From positions 22,142 to 86,141 of the forward strand of contig JAGLXN010000017.1 of the NCBI GenBank assembly GCA_023132875.1: a stretch of DNA of 64,000 nucleotides. Reading direction: 5' to 3'. This document shows, piece after piece, positions 29,796-40,421 of the stretch. The notes under the pieces were generated by a model that was given only the letters and a program-made list of their open reading frames with translations, did not search any database and was not told the DNA's origin. This DNA is from Candidatus Parcubacteria bacterium. Its GTDB lineage: Bacteria; Patescibacteriota; Minisyncoccia; JAHIHE01; JAGLIN01. The position numbers and the translations under genes are program-made. Positions within the stretch are counted from its first letter, which is position 1. Each line of letters starts with the position of its first letter.

Positions 29796-30209
29796 TTATA
29801 TATCTTTATTATCCAAATAATCTTGCAAAATTATTCTTGCCGCCTCCTGATCTATAAATTCTTTTATATTTTCGCTCTTTACTCCCGCTTTTCTTAGATT
29901 TTCTTTAGCCATTTTGGAAGTAAAAATCTCATTTATTTCTATAATCGGTATATCGACATTTTCATTTAACTTAGCGGAAAACTCTCTTATATTTTTTGTT
30001 TGCACGCTTCCTCCCTTAAATCCGATCGGAATACCAAGAATTATTTTTTGAATATTTTTTTCTAAAATAATTTTTTTTATTTTCTCTATTAAATTTTCCG
30101 GAGATTTATTCTCAAGCGTCAAAAAACAGCTGGCCAATTTTTCGTTTTCATCTGAAATCGCCAAACCTATTCTTTTATCACCATAATCTATTGCGAGTAT
30201 TTTTGCCAT
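29796..30209 (-). CDS. ruvX: pre-16S rRNA nuclease / Holliday junction resolvase-like YqgF
   Basis: LAIDYGDKRIGLAISD, E.FTS, DQEAARIILQ. Confidence 0.9.
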   Translation of the reverse strand: MAKILAIDYGDKRIGLAISDENEKLASCFLTLENKSPENLIEKIKKIILEKNIQKIILGIPIGFKGGSVQTKNIREFSAKLNENVDIPIIEINEIFTSKMAKENLRKAGVKSENIKEFIDQEAARIILQDYLDNKDI

Positions 30210-30221
30210 ATTTAGGCTTAA

Positions 30222-31058
30222 TCACTGAAATTTGTTCAAATTAAATAGTAATTTAATTTTTTCCAAACACATAAAATATCCCAAATAAAATTCATAAAGT
30301 CCTGTCCATAGTGAAACTTTTGCTGCAACGATACTTTTTTCTCCTTTTATAAAATTAACAATTGCTTTGTAAATTGTAAATAAAGGAAATAGGAAAAACA
30401 ATTTTCTTCTTATTCTTATTGGAAATGGATAATTATGATAATTATAATTAAATTTAGGAACATCATAAAAATTCTTAAGCAAACATTTTGCATGAGCTTT
30501 GGCGCGTTTTAATTGTTTAGACCTAAAATTACCATAACACCAATTGTTATATAGCGGCTGATGCTCTAATGGAATGCATACATTTTTTGTTTTTCCATAA
30601 GTTTGCATAATGCCATGCGTAACGCCGAGAAAAAACATTTTTGATTTTCTAAACAAAACTGGTTTATATGGCTTATTTTTTGTAATATATATTCGTCCGT
30701 TCCATAAGCGCCAAAGAAAAAAATAACCATCTACATCTTCATTTTTTATCAAACTGTTTATCTTAGAAGCATGTTGCGGCAACAAAAATTCATCAGCATC
30801 AATCTTTAATATCCAATTACCTTTTGCTTTTTGAAAAGCAAAAGGTAAATGTACCTCAGAAAATCCACAATGTTTCTTTTCAAATATTTTATCGGTATAT
30901 TTACGGCATATTTGTTCTGTTTTGTCTATAGATTTACCGTCTAAAACAATTATTATTTCATTGGCAATATTTTTGACACTTTCTAAACAATGTTCAATTA
31001 CCCTATCTTCGTTGTAAACAATAATACAAACACTTAATTTGTTAAACTTTTCATCCAT
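30222..31058 (-). CDS. glycosyltransferase family 2
   Basis: IIVYNE, CLESV, SIDKT, IDADE. Confidence 0.85.
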   Translation of the reverse strand: MDEKFNKLSVCIIVYNEDRVIEHCLESVKNIANEIIIVLDGKSIDKTEQICRKYTDKIFEKKHCGFSEVHLPFAFQKAKGNWILKIDADEFLLPQHASKINSLIKNEDVDGYFFLWRLWNGRIYITKNKPYKPVLFRKSKMFFLGVTHGIMQTYGKTKNVCIPLEHQPLYNNWCYGNFRSKQLKRAKAHAKCLLKNFYDVPKFNYNYHNYPFPIRIRRKLFFLFPLFTIYKAIVNFIKGEKSIVAAKVSLWTGLYEFYLGYFMCLEKIKLLFNLNKFQ

Positions 31059-31076
31059 AATTACAGTCTCAAAAAT

Positions 31077-31853
31077 TTATTTTAATTCCGTCAAAATCTC
31101 ACACCCATCGTCTGTAACAGCAACCGTGTGCTCAAAATGCGCGGATAATTTTCCATCAGCTGTTCTGATCGTCCAGCCGTCATTATCGCATTTGATATAA
31201 TAACTGCCTTCATTCAACATCGGCTCTATCGCGAAAGTCATCCCGGGGCACAATTTTAAGCCAGTTCTTCTATTGCCGAAATTCGGCACTTCCGGCGGTT
31301 CATGAATTGATCTGCCAACTCCGTGCCCGACTAAATTTCTAACAACGGAAAAACCATTCTTCTCGGCGTATTTCTGCACGGCAAATCCAATATCCCCTAT
31401 TCTATTTCCGGGCTTCACTTGCTCTATGCCTTTAAATAAAGATTCTTTCGTAACCTCAATAAGCTTTCTTGCTTTCCTGTTTATCTTCCCGGCTCCAATC
31501 GTAATAGCGCTATCACTATGAAATCCTTTATATTTTACTCCCATATCAATACTGACAATATCTCCTTCTTTTATTATTTTATCATAAGGAAAACCATGAA
31601 CAATTTCATCGTTTATCGAAAAACAGATTATGGACGGAAAGGGCGCTATATTTTTACTTATTACATAATTCTTAAAAGACGAAATTACTCCATATTTTTT
31701 TACTTCTTTCTCAGTAATTTTTTCCAATTCATCTCCGGAAATTCCCGGCTCAACTTTTGAAGCCAGTAACTGTAAAATCTCCGCGAGAATTCTCCCGCTC
31801 TCTCTCATAATTTCTATTTCCGATTTTGATTTTATGTTTATTTTATTTTTCAT
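31077..31853 (-). CDS. map: type I methionine aminopeptidase
   Basis: VHGFP, DMG, DSA, GHGVG..IHEPP, AIEPM, AHFEHT; start moved to MKNK because the longer ORF runs into a repeat. Confidence 0.95.
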   Translation of the reverse strand: MKNKINIKSKSEIEIMRESGRILAEILQLLASKVEPGISGDELEKITEKEVKKYGVISSFKNYVISKNIAPFPSIICFSINDEIVHGFPYDKIIKEGDIVSIDMGVKYKGFHSDSAITIGAGKINRKARKLIEVTKESLFKGIEQVKPGNRIGDIGFAVQKYAEKNGFSVVRNLVGHGVGRSIHEPPEVPNFGNRRTGLKLCPGMTFAIEPMLNEGSYYIKCDNDGWTIRTADGKLSAHFEHTVAVTDDGCEILTELK

Positions 31854-31875
31854 TGTTTTATTTCTTGAATTATAA

Positions 31876-32012
31876 GTCATTGCGAGAAATAAAATTATCC
31901 GAAGGATAATTGAATGACGAAGCAATCCCGTAACTATGCTCCTCGCGTGTAGCCACGGGATTGCTTCGTCGCCTTCTTACTCGCTATGCTCGTTCGGGCT
32001 TCTCGCAATGAC
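31876..32012. repeat. 137-bp GTCA-tagged composite palindromic element (RPE-like)
   Basis: gtcattgcgagaa/ttctcgcaatgac termini and inner gacgaagcaatcccgt/acgggattgcttcgtc. Confidence 0.85.
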
Positions 32013-32024
32013 AGTAATATATTT

Positions 32025-32684
32025 TTACTTTATATAACCAATGATCTCTTCAAAAACACCCTCCGCGCTCTGTTCTCCGTTTATTTTTATTAACATATTC
32101 TTGCTCTCATAATATTCAATAACCGGACTCAAAAGTTTTTTGCTCCATTCAAGACGATTTAAAATCTTTTCTGGCGTGTCATCTTCTCTTCTATAAACCT
32201 CGCTTCCGCAAATCGGACATTTTGTTTCTTCTTCTTTCACATCTTTTCCGACAATCAAGGAATGCCCACCTTCTCTGCATTGTTTTCTAATGGAAAGCCT
32301 TTTTACTGATTCTTCTTTTGAAATGTCCACATAAAAAACATAATCAATATTTCTTCCAACTTTTCTTAATTTTTCACTCCAAAATTCAGCTTCTTCCATT
32401 ATGCGGGGTGTTCCGTCAAATATAATCCCTTTATCTTGATCAAGTTCGTTTAATTTTTGTCCAAGTATTTTTTCTTTCATAAAACTCCACGGAATAATAT
32501 CCCCCTTTATATTAGTAATTTCATTTATTTTTCTGCCAGTGTCAGTGTCTTGTTTTGCTATATTTCTTATAATGGCTCCAGTCTCAAAAATCTGCAAATC
32601 AAATTTTTCCGCAAGCATTCTTGCCTGCGTTCCTTTTCCAGAACCCTGAGGACCCATAATGATAATGTCTATGTTTTTTTTCAT
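32025..32684 (-). CDS. adk: adenylate kinase
   Basis: GPQGSGKGTQA, DGTPR, LID with Cys residues, RREDD. Confidence 0.88.
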   Translation of the reverse strand: MKKNIDIIIMGPQGSGKGTQARMLAEKFDLQIFETGAIIRNIAKQDTDTGRKINEITNIKGDIIPWSFMKEKILGQKLNELDQDKGIIFDGTPRIMEEAEFWSEKLRKVGRNIDYVFYVDISKEESVKRLSIRKQCREGGHSLIVGKDVKEEETKCPICGSEVYRREDDTPEKILNRLEWSKKLLSPVIEYYESKNMLIKINGEQSAEGVFEEIIGYIK

Positions 32685-32739
32685 TTATTATCTCTTAAAA
32701 TATTAATTGTCATTCTGAAATAAATTCAATGACAGATTT

Positions 32740-33309
32740 TTATTTCCCGCATTCTTTCAAAATAATCCCCTTCACTTCTTCCACCGCCTCATCTAATTTC
32801 CCCTCATAATTAACCACTTGATAATCATAAATATCTTTATATTTCAACCATTCTTTTGCGTAATCCATTCTTCGCTGAATAAATTCTTCGCTTTCTCCGC
32901 GCTTTGATAATCTTTGCTTTAAAATTTCTAGTGATTGAGTTGTGATTAAAATAGAAACGACTCCGGACATTATTTTTTTAACCGTCATTACGCCTTTATA
33001 TTCAATTTTCCAAATTCCGATCTTGCCGCTACTAATAACTCTTTCAATTTCTTCATTAGTTACCCCATAAAATTGATTATTATCTTCTTCCGCGTATTCA
33101 AAAAACTTATTTTCTAAAATTCCTTTTTCAAATTCTTTTTTAGAGATAAAATAATATGGATCTTCAGCAAAAACATCTGAACGCTTTTTTCTGGTTGTTG
33201 TCGTTATTACTCTTTCAATTGAAAGAAATTTCTTTAGTCCTTCAATAACACTGTCTTCTCCCGCCCCCGATGGCCCGGAGATTATAAAAAGTTTATTTTT
33301 GGTTTTCAT
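32740..33309 (-). CDS. gmk: guanylate kinase
   Basis: ISGPSGAG, TTTTR..R, YYFIS, FYG. Confidence 0.82.
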   Translation of the reverse strand: MKTKNKLFIISGPSGAGEDSVIEGLKKFLSIERVITTTTRKKRSDVFAEDPYYFISKKEFEKGILENKFFEYAEEDNNQFYGVTNEEIERVISSGKIGIWKIEYKGVMTVKKIMSGVVSILITTQSLEILKQRLSKRGESEEFIQRRMDYAKEWLKYKDIYDYQVVNYEGKLDEAVEEVKGIILKECGK

Positions 33310-33463
33310 TTTGTTTTTTAAAAATAATAGCCCGAAATAAATTCAGGCCGTCAACAAAATATCAATTATTAAAACTCTTAAAAAATAAAATTCTCATATT
33401 ATTATATTTATATCCTTGTTTTATATTTAACAATATAGCAATGGAACAATACAACAATTTAAA

Positions 33464-34738
33464 TTACAATTCATCATAATCTCTCATCGTCAATTGTGAA
33501 TCAATCTGCCTGATTGACTCAAGAACAACACCCACAACGATCAAAACAGAAGCTCCGCCAACAGCTAAAGTCGTTATATTAGTTAATCCCTGCGCAATAA
33601 ACGGAATTACCGCGATTAAGCCTAAAAAAGCGGCTCCAAGAAAAGTTATTCTACCAAGAACTTTTCCAAGATATTCAGCAGTATTTGTTCCAGGCCTCAT
33701 ACCAGGAACAAAACCGCCATGTTTTTGAAGATTTTCCGCGACATTCTTAGGATCAAAAACAATTGATGTATAAAAATATGTAAATAAAAAAACCATAATA
33801 AAATATAGAACGCCATAAGTCAAGTTTCCTGGCTGGAAGATGTTGCTTATAAAAACAGCTGAACTGCTAATAGCTTCATTAGAGTGTCCAATAAAAAAAG
33901 ACGCCACAATTCCAGGAAAAAGCATTATAGACATAGCGAATATAAGAGGTATCATTCCAGCAGAATTAACCTTAAGCGGCAAAAAAGTGGAAACGCCTCC
34001 GGAAGTTTTATTTCCTCTAACACGCCTTGCGTAAGAAACTGGAATATTTCTTTGCGCTTCCGTAATAATTACAACTCCAAGAACCACAACAACAGACATA
34101 ATTAGCAAGCTTATTATACCAGGATATTTATCTGGAGTCATAGTAGCAATAGTCTGGCTTATTGCCATGGGAATACCAGAAACAATGCCGGCAAAAATAA
34201 TTAATGAGATGCCATTTCCAATTTTCTTTTCTGAAATAAGCTCTCCAAGCCACATTAGAAATATAGTTCCAGCAGTGATCAAAGAAATAGCGATAACCAT
34301 GTCAAATCTATCAATATTGCCGATAATCCCCTGATTTTTTAAAAGAGTGATCATCGCAAAACCCTGAAGCATTGCTAATGGAACAGTAGCGTATCTTGTA
34401 TACTGATTGAATTTCTGTCTTCCAGCTTCTCCGGCTTCCTGATACATTTCTTTTATTTGCGGAAATATCATTGTCAAAAGCTGCATTATAATAGAAGCGG
34501 TAATATAAGGACCGACTCCAAGCATTACTAATGAAAAATTCTCCATTCCTCCGCCGGTAAACGCGCTCAAAAGGCCAAGAAGCTGGTTGCTTTTGAAAAA
34601 ATCGCTCAATCTTTCAGCGTCAACTATTGGAATTGGGATATGCGCCGCTAAACGAAAAATAATAAGCATCACAGCTACATAAATTATTTTGTTTCTTAAC
34701 TCCCTGTCCTTAAAGACACGGATTAGTTTTTTGAACAT
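33464..34738 (-). CDS. secY: preprotein translocase SecY
   Basis: LGVGPYITASII, GNGISLIIFAGI, GGFVPGMRPG. Confidence 0.98.
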   Translation of the reverse strand: MFKKLIRVFKDRELRNKIIYVAVMLIIFRLAAHIPIPIVDAERLSDFFKSNQLLGLLSAFTGGGMENFSLVMLGVGPYITASIIMQLLTMIFPQIKEMYQEAGEAGRQKFNQYTRYATVPLAMLQGFAMITLLKNQGIIGNIDRFDMVIAISLITAGTIFLMWLGELISEKKIGNGISLIIFAGIVSGIPMAISQTIATMTPDKYPGIISLLIMSVVVVLGVVIITEAQRNIPVSYARRVRGNKTSGGVSTFLPLKVNSAGMIPLIFAMSIMLFPGIVASFFIGHSNEAISSSAVFISNIFQPGNLTYGVLYFIMVFLFTYFYTSIVFDPKNVAENLQKHGGFVPGMRPGTNTAEYLGKVLGRITFLGAAFLGLIAVIPFIAQGLTNITTLAVGGASVLIVVGVVLESIRQIDSQLTMRDYDEL

Positions 34739-34744
34739 AGAATT

Positions 34745-34848
34745 ATATTGTTAAATTGTTGTATTGTTAAATTGTTGTATTGTTTTGCCTATTGCTTATT
34801 CAACGATTTAATCCAACAATACAGCAATGTAACAATATAACAATAATT
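34745..34848. repeat. inverted 8-mer arrays (ATTGTTNN / AACAATNN)
   Basis: attgttaa attgttgt attgttaa attgttgt ... aacaatac agcaatgt aacaatat aacaataa. Confidence 0.8.
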
Positions 34849-34853
34849 TTTAT

Positions 34854-35285
34854 TTATATGTTTCTTATTTCCCCGCCCGCTTTCTTGATTTTTTCCTCGG
34901 CATTTTTAGATATTGCACATTCTTCAATAATAATTTTTTTAGTCAAATCTCCATTTCCAAGGATTTTAACTCTCGGCTTTATTTTGCTTATCAACCCCTT
35001 TTTTAATAAAATTTTAGCGCTTATAATATCCCCGTCTTGAAAATTATTTTCCAAAGCAGAAACATTAACTACATTATTTTTATCATATATACTCTTAAAT
35101 CCCCTTAGTTTCGGAGTTCTTCTAAAAAGCGGAGTCTTAGTTCCTTCAAAGCTTTTTCCCTTGCCTCCGCCAGACCTTGCTTTCTGTCCTTTTGTTCCGC
35201 GAGTAGCAGTAGTCCCATGGGGTCCGCCGCGACCGACTCGCTTCTTTGCTTTTTTCTTGCTCGGTTTTAATTGATGTAATTGCAT
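34854..35285 (-). CDS. rplO: 50S ribosomal protein L15
   Basis: RVGRG, KGQKARSG, KILGNG. Confidence 0.97.
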   Translation of the reverse strand: MQLHQLKPSKKKAKKRVGRGGPHGTTATRGTKGQKARSGGGKGKSFEGTKTPLFRRTPKLRGFKSIYDKNNVVNVSALENNFQDGDIISAKILLKKGLISKIKPRVKILGNGDLTKKIIIEECAISKNAEEKIKKAGGEIRNI

Positions 35286-35373
35286 AAAATCATTTTAACA
35301 TATAAACATACTAACATTTTAACATACTAACATTTATTGTTAAAATATTTGATTAAGCAAATAATATAACAAT

Positions 35374-36000
35374 TTATTTTTTCTTCTCTGTTTTTTTAGT
35401 ATTTTCTTCTTTTTTTTCTTCTTTTCCTATCTTTTTAGCCTGCTCTGCTTCCTTTGCTAATTTTTCTTCCGATTCCAACGCAATTTCTCTTGTTTTTTTT
35501 ATAGAAAATTGCTTCAAGGCTTCCATTGTCGCTCTGGCGTTATTTAACTTGCTTTTAGAGCCAAGCATTTTAGCAGAAATATCTTTAATACCCGCTAAAG
35601 AAACAACTGTTCTAACTGCGCCGCCAGCAACAATACCGTTACCTTTTACAGCCGGCTTTAAAAGAATTTTGGCGCTGCCTAATTTTTGATCAACTCGATA
35701 CGGAATTGTATTTCCAGTAAAATTCAACGTTATGAGGTTCTTCTTTGCATCAGCATAAGATTTCTCAGTTGCGATTCTCATATCTTTCCCTTTAGACACG
35801 CCAACCCCTACTCTTCCTTTCCTATCTCCAATAATAACGACTGTCCTAAAACTAAATCTTTTACCGCCTTTAACAACACGCGTTACACGCGCAACATCAA
35901 TAACTTTCTGATCAAATTCAGGCTTTTCTCTTTTTTTTCCTTTAAATGATCCTTTTTTAAATGGAGCCTTTGTAGCTACAGAATCTTCTTTTTTATTCAT
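35374..36000 (-). CDS. rpsE: 30S ribosomal protein S5
   Basis: RVVKGGKRFSF, AGGAVR. Confidence 0.97.
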   Translation of the reverse strand: MNKKEDSVATKAPFKKGSFKGKKREKPEFDQKVIDVARVTRVVKGGKRFSFRTVVIIGDRKGRVGVGVSKGKDMRIATEKSYADAKKNLITLNFTGNTIPYRVDQKLGSAKILLKPAVKGNGIVAGGAVRTVVSLAGIKDISAKMLGSKSKLNNARATMEALKQFSIKKTREIALESEEKLAKEAEQAKKIGKEEKKEENTKKTEKKK

Positions 36001-36037
36001 ATTTATTACAAATTAAATAATACAAGTTAAGTTTCAC

Positions 36038-36103
36038 GCATCTCAGAAATCCGGTTATAGAGACACGATTAATCACATCTCTACAATCGGACTCCTGAAA
36101 TGC
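36038..36103. repeat. long hairpin with GTAG-type REP core
   Basis: gcat..tccg..atagagacacgattaatcacatctctac..cgga..atgc. Confidence 0.65.
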
Positions 36104-36132
36104 TCATATTTGAATTTCCTAGCAGTAGATTA

Positions 36133-36489
36133 CTAAAAAACCAATCCCTCTTCACGGGCACCTTCAGCTACTGCTCTTACTCTTCCGTGATATTTATAGC
36201 CTCCTCTATCAAAAATAACTCTGCTTATATTTTTTTCCTGAGCTTTTTTTGCAATTAATTTTCCAACTTCTTTCGCAGCGTCAATCTTTATTTTCTTTCC
36301 TTTAATCTCTTTTTCGCTTGCGCTTGCCAAGGTAATTCCTAAATCATCATTAATCAGTTGAACAAATAATCCCTTATTGCTTCTAAATAAATTTAAACGC
36401 GGAGTTTCTGCTGTACCAATAATCTTAGAGCGAACTCGTTTATGCCTTCTTGTCTTAGCTTGTCTTTTTATTATTTCCTTATTTTTCAT
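36133..36489 (-). CDS. rplR: 50S ribosomal protein L18
   Basis: [22 protein letters not shown]. Confidence 0.97.
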   Translation of the reverse strand: MKNKEIIKRQAKTRRHKRVRSKIIGTAETPRLNLFRSNKGLFVQLINDDLGITLASASEKEIKGKKIKIDAAKEVGKLIAKKAQEKNISRVIFDRGGYKYHGRVRAVAEGAREEGLVF

Positions 36490-36567
36490 AAAAATATTTT
36501 GTTATAAAATTCTTAAAGTTTCTAATTTCCAAAATAATTTGAAAATTTTGTCATTGAAAATTGATTG

Positions 36568-36597
36568 CCGGTCCAAGGCTGGTCCGCCTCGGGCGGA
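36568..36597. repeat. 30-nt GC hairpin module in heptamer array
   Basis: ccggtccaaggctggtccgcctcgggcgga. Confidence 0.9.
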
Positions 36598-36616
36598 AAA
36601 ATTAGAAATTGAAAAT

Positions 36617-37165
36617 TTACTCTCCTGTTCCCGCGACTTTCTTTCCAACTTTCCTTCTTACATGCTCTCCTAAATACCTTATCCCTTTTCCTTTATATGG
36701 TTCTGGCTTCTTTTTACTTCTTATATCAGCAGCAATTTGTCCTACAAGCTGCTTATTTATTCCAGCTATGGTAATAATATTTTTTTCAACATTAAATTCT
36801 ATTCCTTTTGGAGCTTTAAATATTACTAAATGTGAAAAGCCAAGACTAAGTTCCAGATCATTTCCTTTTTGAACTACCTTATACCCAACTCCTTGTATTT
36901 CAAGTTTTTTTTCAAATCCTTTTTCCGCTCCTTCAATCATATTAGCAATTAATGTTCTAGAAAGTCCCCAAATAGCATAATTTTTTTTTGTATTATTTTT
37001 TACAGATACTATAATATGATTGTCTTTAATCTCAATAGACATTTTTGAATCAATTTTATCAGTAAGCTCTCCTTTGGGCCCCTTGACAATAACTTCATTA
37101 TCTTTACTAACAGAAAATGTGACTCCTGATGGTATGTTTATTGGCTGTTTTCCTATTTTACTCAT
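36617..37165 (-). CDS. rplF: 50S ribosomal protein L6
   Basis: MSKIGK, GVGYK, PEPYKGKGI. Confidence 0.97.
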   Translation of the reverse strand: MSKIGKQPINIPSGVTFSVSKDNEVIVKGPKGELTDKIDSKMSIEIKDNHIIVSVKNNTKKNYAIWGLSRTLIANMIEGAEKGFEKKLEIQGVGYKVVQKGNDLELSLGFSHLVIFKAPKGIEFNVEKNIITIAGINKQLVGQIAADIRSKKKPEPYKGKGIRYLGEHVRRKVGKKVAGTGE

Positions 37166-37211
37166 AATTTAAAATGTTTATATGTTTATATGATTATATG
37201 ATTATATGATT

Positions 37212-37601
37212 TTACCACACTTCAAAAATAACTTCTCCACCAAGCCCTTTTTCTTTTGCTTCTAAATTAGTCATGACACCTTGATGTGTTGAAATAATAG
37301 AAAGCCCATATCCGCCAAGTATTTTTGATACTTTTTTCTTATTAATATATCTTCTTTGACCGGGTTTACTAACTCTTTTAATTTCGGATATTGCATAATT
37401 ATCACCAACTTTTTTTAATACAACTTCTAAAGTTATTTTAACTCCTTTTTTATGTTGAATTACATCTTGAATATAACCTTCTTTTTTAAGGATTTTTGCC
37501 AAGGCTAGCTTAAATTTAGAAGAAGGCATTAACACGGCCATATGATTGGCTCTTTGTGCATTTCTTATTCTTGTTAGCATGTCCGATATTGGATCAGTCA
37601 T
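37212..37601 (-). CDS. rpsH: 30S ribosomal protein S8
   Basis: DPISDMLTRIRNA, SKPG, GGEV. Confidence 0.97.
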   Translation of the reverse strand: MTDPISDMLTRIRNAQRANHMAVLMPSSKFKLALAKILKKEGYIQDVIQHKKGVKITLEVVLKKVGDNYAISEIKRVSKPGQRRYINKKKVSKILGGYGLSIISTHQGVMTNLEAKEKGLGGEVIFEVW

Positions 37602-37607
37602 ATTTTT

Positions 37608-37704
37608 GAATATTGAATTATGAATTTAGAATTACGAATTACGAATTACGAATCGACGATATTTTACAATCTTCATGATTCATAATTCATAATTCATAAT
37701 TCAT
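37608..37704. repeat. inverted heptamer arrays (GAATTAC / ATAATTC)
   Basis: gaatatt gaattat gaattta (gaattac)3 ... atgattc (ataattc)3. Confidence 0.85.
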
Positions 37705-37706
37705 CT

Positions 37707-37892
37707 TTACCAACTACTCTTTTTTAATCCAGGTATTTCTCCGGTACTTGCCAGTTCTCTTACACAAATCCTACACAGATCAAATTTCCGTAAATATCCA
37801 TGTTTTCTACCGCATTTCCAACATCTTCTAACGATACGGCTTGAGTATTTTGGTTTTTTTTGAGTTTTTGCTATTAGCGCAGTTCTTGCCAT
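37707..37892 (-). CDS. rpsN: 30S ribosomal protein S14 (short, Zn-binding type Z)
   Basis: [20 protein letters not shown]. Confidence 0.96.
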   Translation of the reverse strand: MARTALIAKTQKKPKYSSRIVRRCWKCGRKHGYLRKFDLCRICVRELASTGEIPGLKKSSW

Positions 37893-37944
37893 GTTTGTTT
37901 AGTTTATATTCTTAAAATCTTAAATCTTGTAAATAATTAACTTT

Positions 37945-38499
37945 CTATTTTTCTTCAACAATAGGAAATCCTATATTTTTCAATAATTTATAGCCTTCTT
38001 TATCATTCTTTGCAGAAGTGGTTATATTAATTTCCATACCAAAAATATTTTTTATATCATCTTTCGCCACTTCAGGAAAAATAATGTGTTCTTTTATTCC
38101 AATACTGTAATTGCCGTTTCGATCAAATGATTTTCTGCTAAGACCGCGAAAATCTCGAACCTGTGGAAGAGCAATATTAATTAATCTGTCCAAAAATTCA
38201 TACATTCTCGCCCCCCTTAAAGTTACCATCAACCCAACAGGCATTCCTTTTCTTGTTTTAAAATTTGAAATTGCTTTTTTTGCTTTTGTGATAACAGGCT
38301 TTTGTCCTACAATCGTTTCAATGTCTTTTGCTATTTTTTTTAGATCGTCTTTATTGTCATTAAGAATTCTTCCAAGTCCCAAATTTACAACAACTTTTGT
38401 TATTTTAGGAACAGACATAACATTTTTATAGCCAAATTCTTTGGTCATTTTATCAACAACTTCAATTATATATTTTTCCTTTAATCTTGCTTTATACAT
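37945..38499 (-). CDS. rplE: 50S ribosomal protein L5
   Basis: GQKPVIT, RDFRG, NGNYSIG. Confidence 0.97.
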   Translation of the reverse strand: MYKARLKEKYIIEVVDKMTKEFGYKNVMSVPKITKVVVNLGLGRILNDNKDDLKKIAKDIETIVGQKPVITKAKKAISNFKTRKGMPVGLMVTLRGARMYEFLDRLINIALPQVRDFRGLSRKSFDRNGNYSIGIKEHIIFPEVAKDDIKNIFGMEINITTSAKNDKEGYKLLKNIGFPIVEEK

Positions 38500-38563
38500 A
38501 AGATCATTTTTAATATTTTAATATTTTAACAATATCATACTAATGTTAAAACGTCAGTGCTAT

Positions 38564-38890
38564 TTACTTCTCAATCTGTATATCAATATTTTCCTTGCAT
38601 TTTTTGCAAATTCTGTGCTTTTCTCCATTTTCTAAAACCAAATATCCAATTCTTGTCTGTTTGTTGCATTTTGGACAAATCATAGAAATATTAGAAATGT
38701 TAATCGGCACGGGAACTGTTATTTTCTGTCCCTTTTCTCCCTGCCTTCTTGCTTTAATATGCTTTTTTATAAAGTTGACACCCTCAACAACAACCCTGTT
38801 TCTCTCAGAAATTACTTTTATAACTTTACCTTTCTTTCCCTTATCTTTTCCAGTAGTTATGATTACTTTGTCATTGGTTTTAATTTTCAT
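38564..38890 (-). CDS. rplX: 50S ribosomal protein L24
   Basis: GKDKGKKG KOW motif, VEGVN. Confidence 0.97.
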   Translation of the reverse strand: MKIKTNDKVIITTGKDKGKKGKVIKVISERNRVVVEGVNFIKKHIKARRQGEKGQKITVPVPINISNISMICPKCNKQTRIGYLVLENGEKHRICKKCKENIDIQIEK

Positions 38891-38936
38891 AATCTTATAA
38901 CTTTCTACTTTATAAACTTTATAAACTTTTAACTTG

Positions 38937-39308
38937 CTATAGCACTTCCGGAGCTAGGGAAACTATTTTCATAAAGCCTTCATTTCTTAATTCCCTTGCA
39001 ACGGGTCCAAAAACACGAGTAGCTTTCGGAGTTATTTTATCTTTATCAACAATAACAACAGCGTTATCATCAAAGCGTATATAGGAACCGTCTTTTCTTC
39101 TAAATTTTTTCTTCTGTCTAACAATCACCGCTTTAGCAACTTCACCTTTTTTAACTTGTCCTCTTGGTTCAGCCGCTTTTATCGAAACTACAATGACATC
39201 GCCAATATAAGCATATCTTCTTCTCGTTCCGCCAAGAACCTTGATACACTTTACTAACTTTGCTCCTGAATTGTCTGCGACTGCAAGTTTGCTTCCTTGT
39301 TGAATCAT
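38937..39308 (-). CDS. rplN: 50S ribosomal protein L14
   Basis: [20 protein letters not shown]. Confidence 0.98.
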   Translation of the reverse strand: MIQQGSKLAVADNSGAKLVKCIKVLGGTRRRYAYIGDVIVVSIKAAEPRGQVKKGEVAKAVIVRQKKKFRRKDGSYIRFDDNAVVIVDKDKITPKATRVFGPVARELRNEGFMKIVSLAPEVL

Positions 39309-39379
39309 AAATATTAATTATTTTTATTGTTTATTTTCAAGAAATATATTTCTAAACCAACTTTATGAACTTTACAACT

Positions 39380-39643
39380 TTATGAACTTTTTACTTCTTT
39401 CGCTATCCACTTCTTTTCCTTGCTTATCGGCTTGATTTCAATAATTTTAACCTTATCTCCAATTTTAAATTTATTCTCTGCATCATGCGCTTTGTATTTC
39501 TTGCTTACTTTATATTTCTTTCTGTATATTGGATGCATTTTTAACCTATCAACCTTAACTACAACCGTCTTATCCATCTTGTCGCTTATAACAACTCCGA
39601 TCTTCCCTTTTGTATTATTTTTTTCCTTATTGTCTTTATTCAT
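39380..39643 (-). CDS. rpsQ: 30S ribosomal protein S17
   Basis: [19 protein letters not shown]. Confidence 0.97.
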   Translation of the reverse strand: MNKDNKEKNNTKGKIGVVISDKMDKTVVVKVDRLKMHPIYRKKYKVSKKYKAHDAENKFKIGDKVKIIEIKPISKEKKWIAKEVKSS

Positions 39644-39656
39644 ATATTTAACTATA

Positions 39657-39857
39657 TTATTTTTTGTTATTTACTCTCTTTTCCTTTAAAACAGTTTTTA
39701 CCCTTGCAATAATTTTTTTTGTCTTTTTTATTTCACTATAATCTTTCAATTGCCTATTCGCAAGAGAAAACCTAAAACCTTTAAGCTTCTCTTTACTATC
39801 TTTTACAAGAATTTGCAATTGTTTTTCTGATTGTTCTCTTAATTCTTTAGCTTTCAT
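39657..39857 (-). CDS. rpmC: 50S ribosomal protein L29
   Basis: MKAKELR, IARVKT; operon position. Confidence 0.93.
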   Translation of the reverse strand: MKAKELREQSEKQLQILVKDSKEKLKGFRFSLANRQLKDYSEIKKTKKIIARVKTVLKEKRVNNKK

Positions 39858-39885
39858 TTTTACCTTGAATTATGAAATTATAATC

Positions 39886-39970
39886 TTAGTTTACTTAGTG
39901 TAAATATTAGTTTTTTTGTGTTTAATATAGAAAACACGAAAGAAACTAATGTTCACACGAAAGAAACTAA
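39886..39970. repeat. ~85-bp inverted-repeat element, copy 1 of 3
   Basis: ttagtttacttagtgtaaatattagtt...aaacacgaaagaaactaatgttcacacgaaagaaactaa. Confidence 0.8.
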
Positions 39971-39984
39971 TTTTGAAAAATTAT

Positions 39985-40395
39985 TTATTGCTCCTTGGAA
40001 ATAAATTTTGTTTTTATGGGAAGTTTATGGCTAGCTCTTCTCATCGCTTCTTTTGCCACTTTCTCTTCAACTCCATCCATTTCAAAAATTATTTTTCCCG
40101 GTTTTACCACTGCCGCAAAATGATCTAAACTTCCCTTTCCACTACCCATGGGAACTTCTGCCGGTTTTCTGGTAATTGGCTTGTTTGGAAAAATTCTTAT
40201 CCATATTTTTCCGCCTCTTTGAACATATTTTGTCATTGCTCTTCTTGCCGCTTCAATCTGACGGCTCGTAATCCAAGAAGTTTCAAGTGATTTCAAAGCA
40301 AAAGATCCAAAAGAAATACTGGCTCCTCTATGCGCTTTTCCTCGCATTCTGCCTTTTTGTTGTTTTCTGTGTTTTACTTTTTTCGGCATTAACAT
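39985..40395 (-). CDS. rplP: 50S ribosomal protein L16
   Basis: MLMPK, QIEAAR, MGSGKG. Confidence 0.98.
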   Translation of the reverse strand: MLMPKKVKHRKQQKGRMRGKAHRGASISFGSFALKSLETSWITSRQIEAARRAMTKYVQRGGKIWIRIFPNKPITRKPAEVPMGSGKGSLDHFAAVVKPGKIIFEMDGVEEKVAKEAMRRASHKLPIKTKFISKEQ

Positions 40396-40421
40396 AAAAT
40401 CATTTTAACATATAAACATAA

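Noticed and set aside
31854..31925. N-terminal extension of Map (MLRHSIIL...)
   Set aside because: It derives from the palindromic element; MKNK at 31853 gives a normal-length protein.
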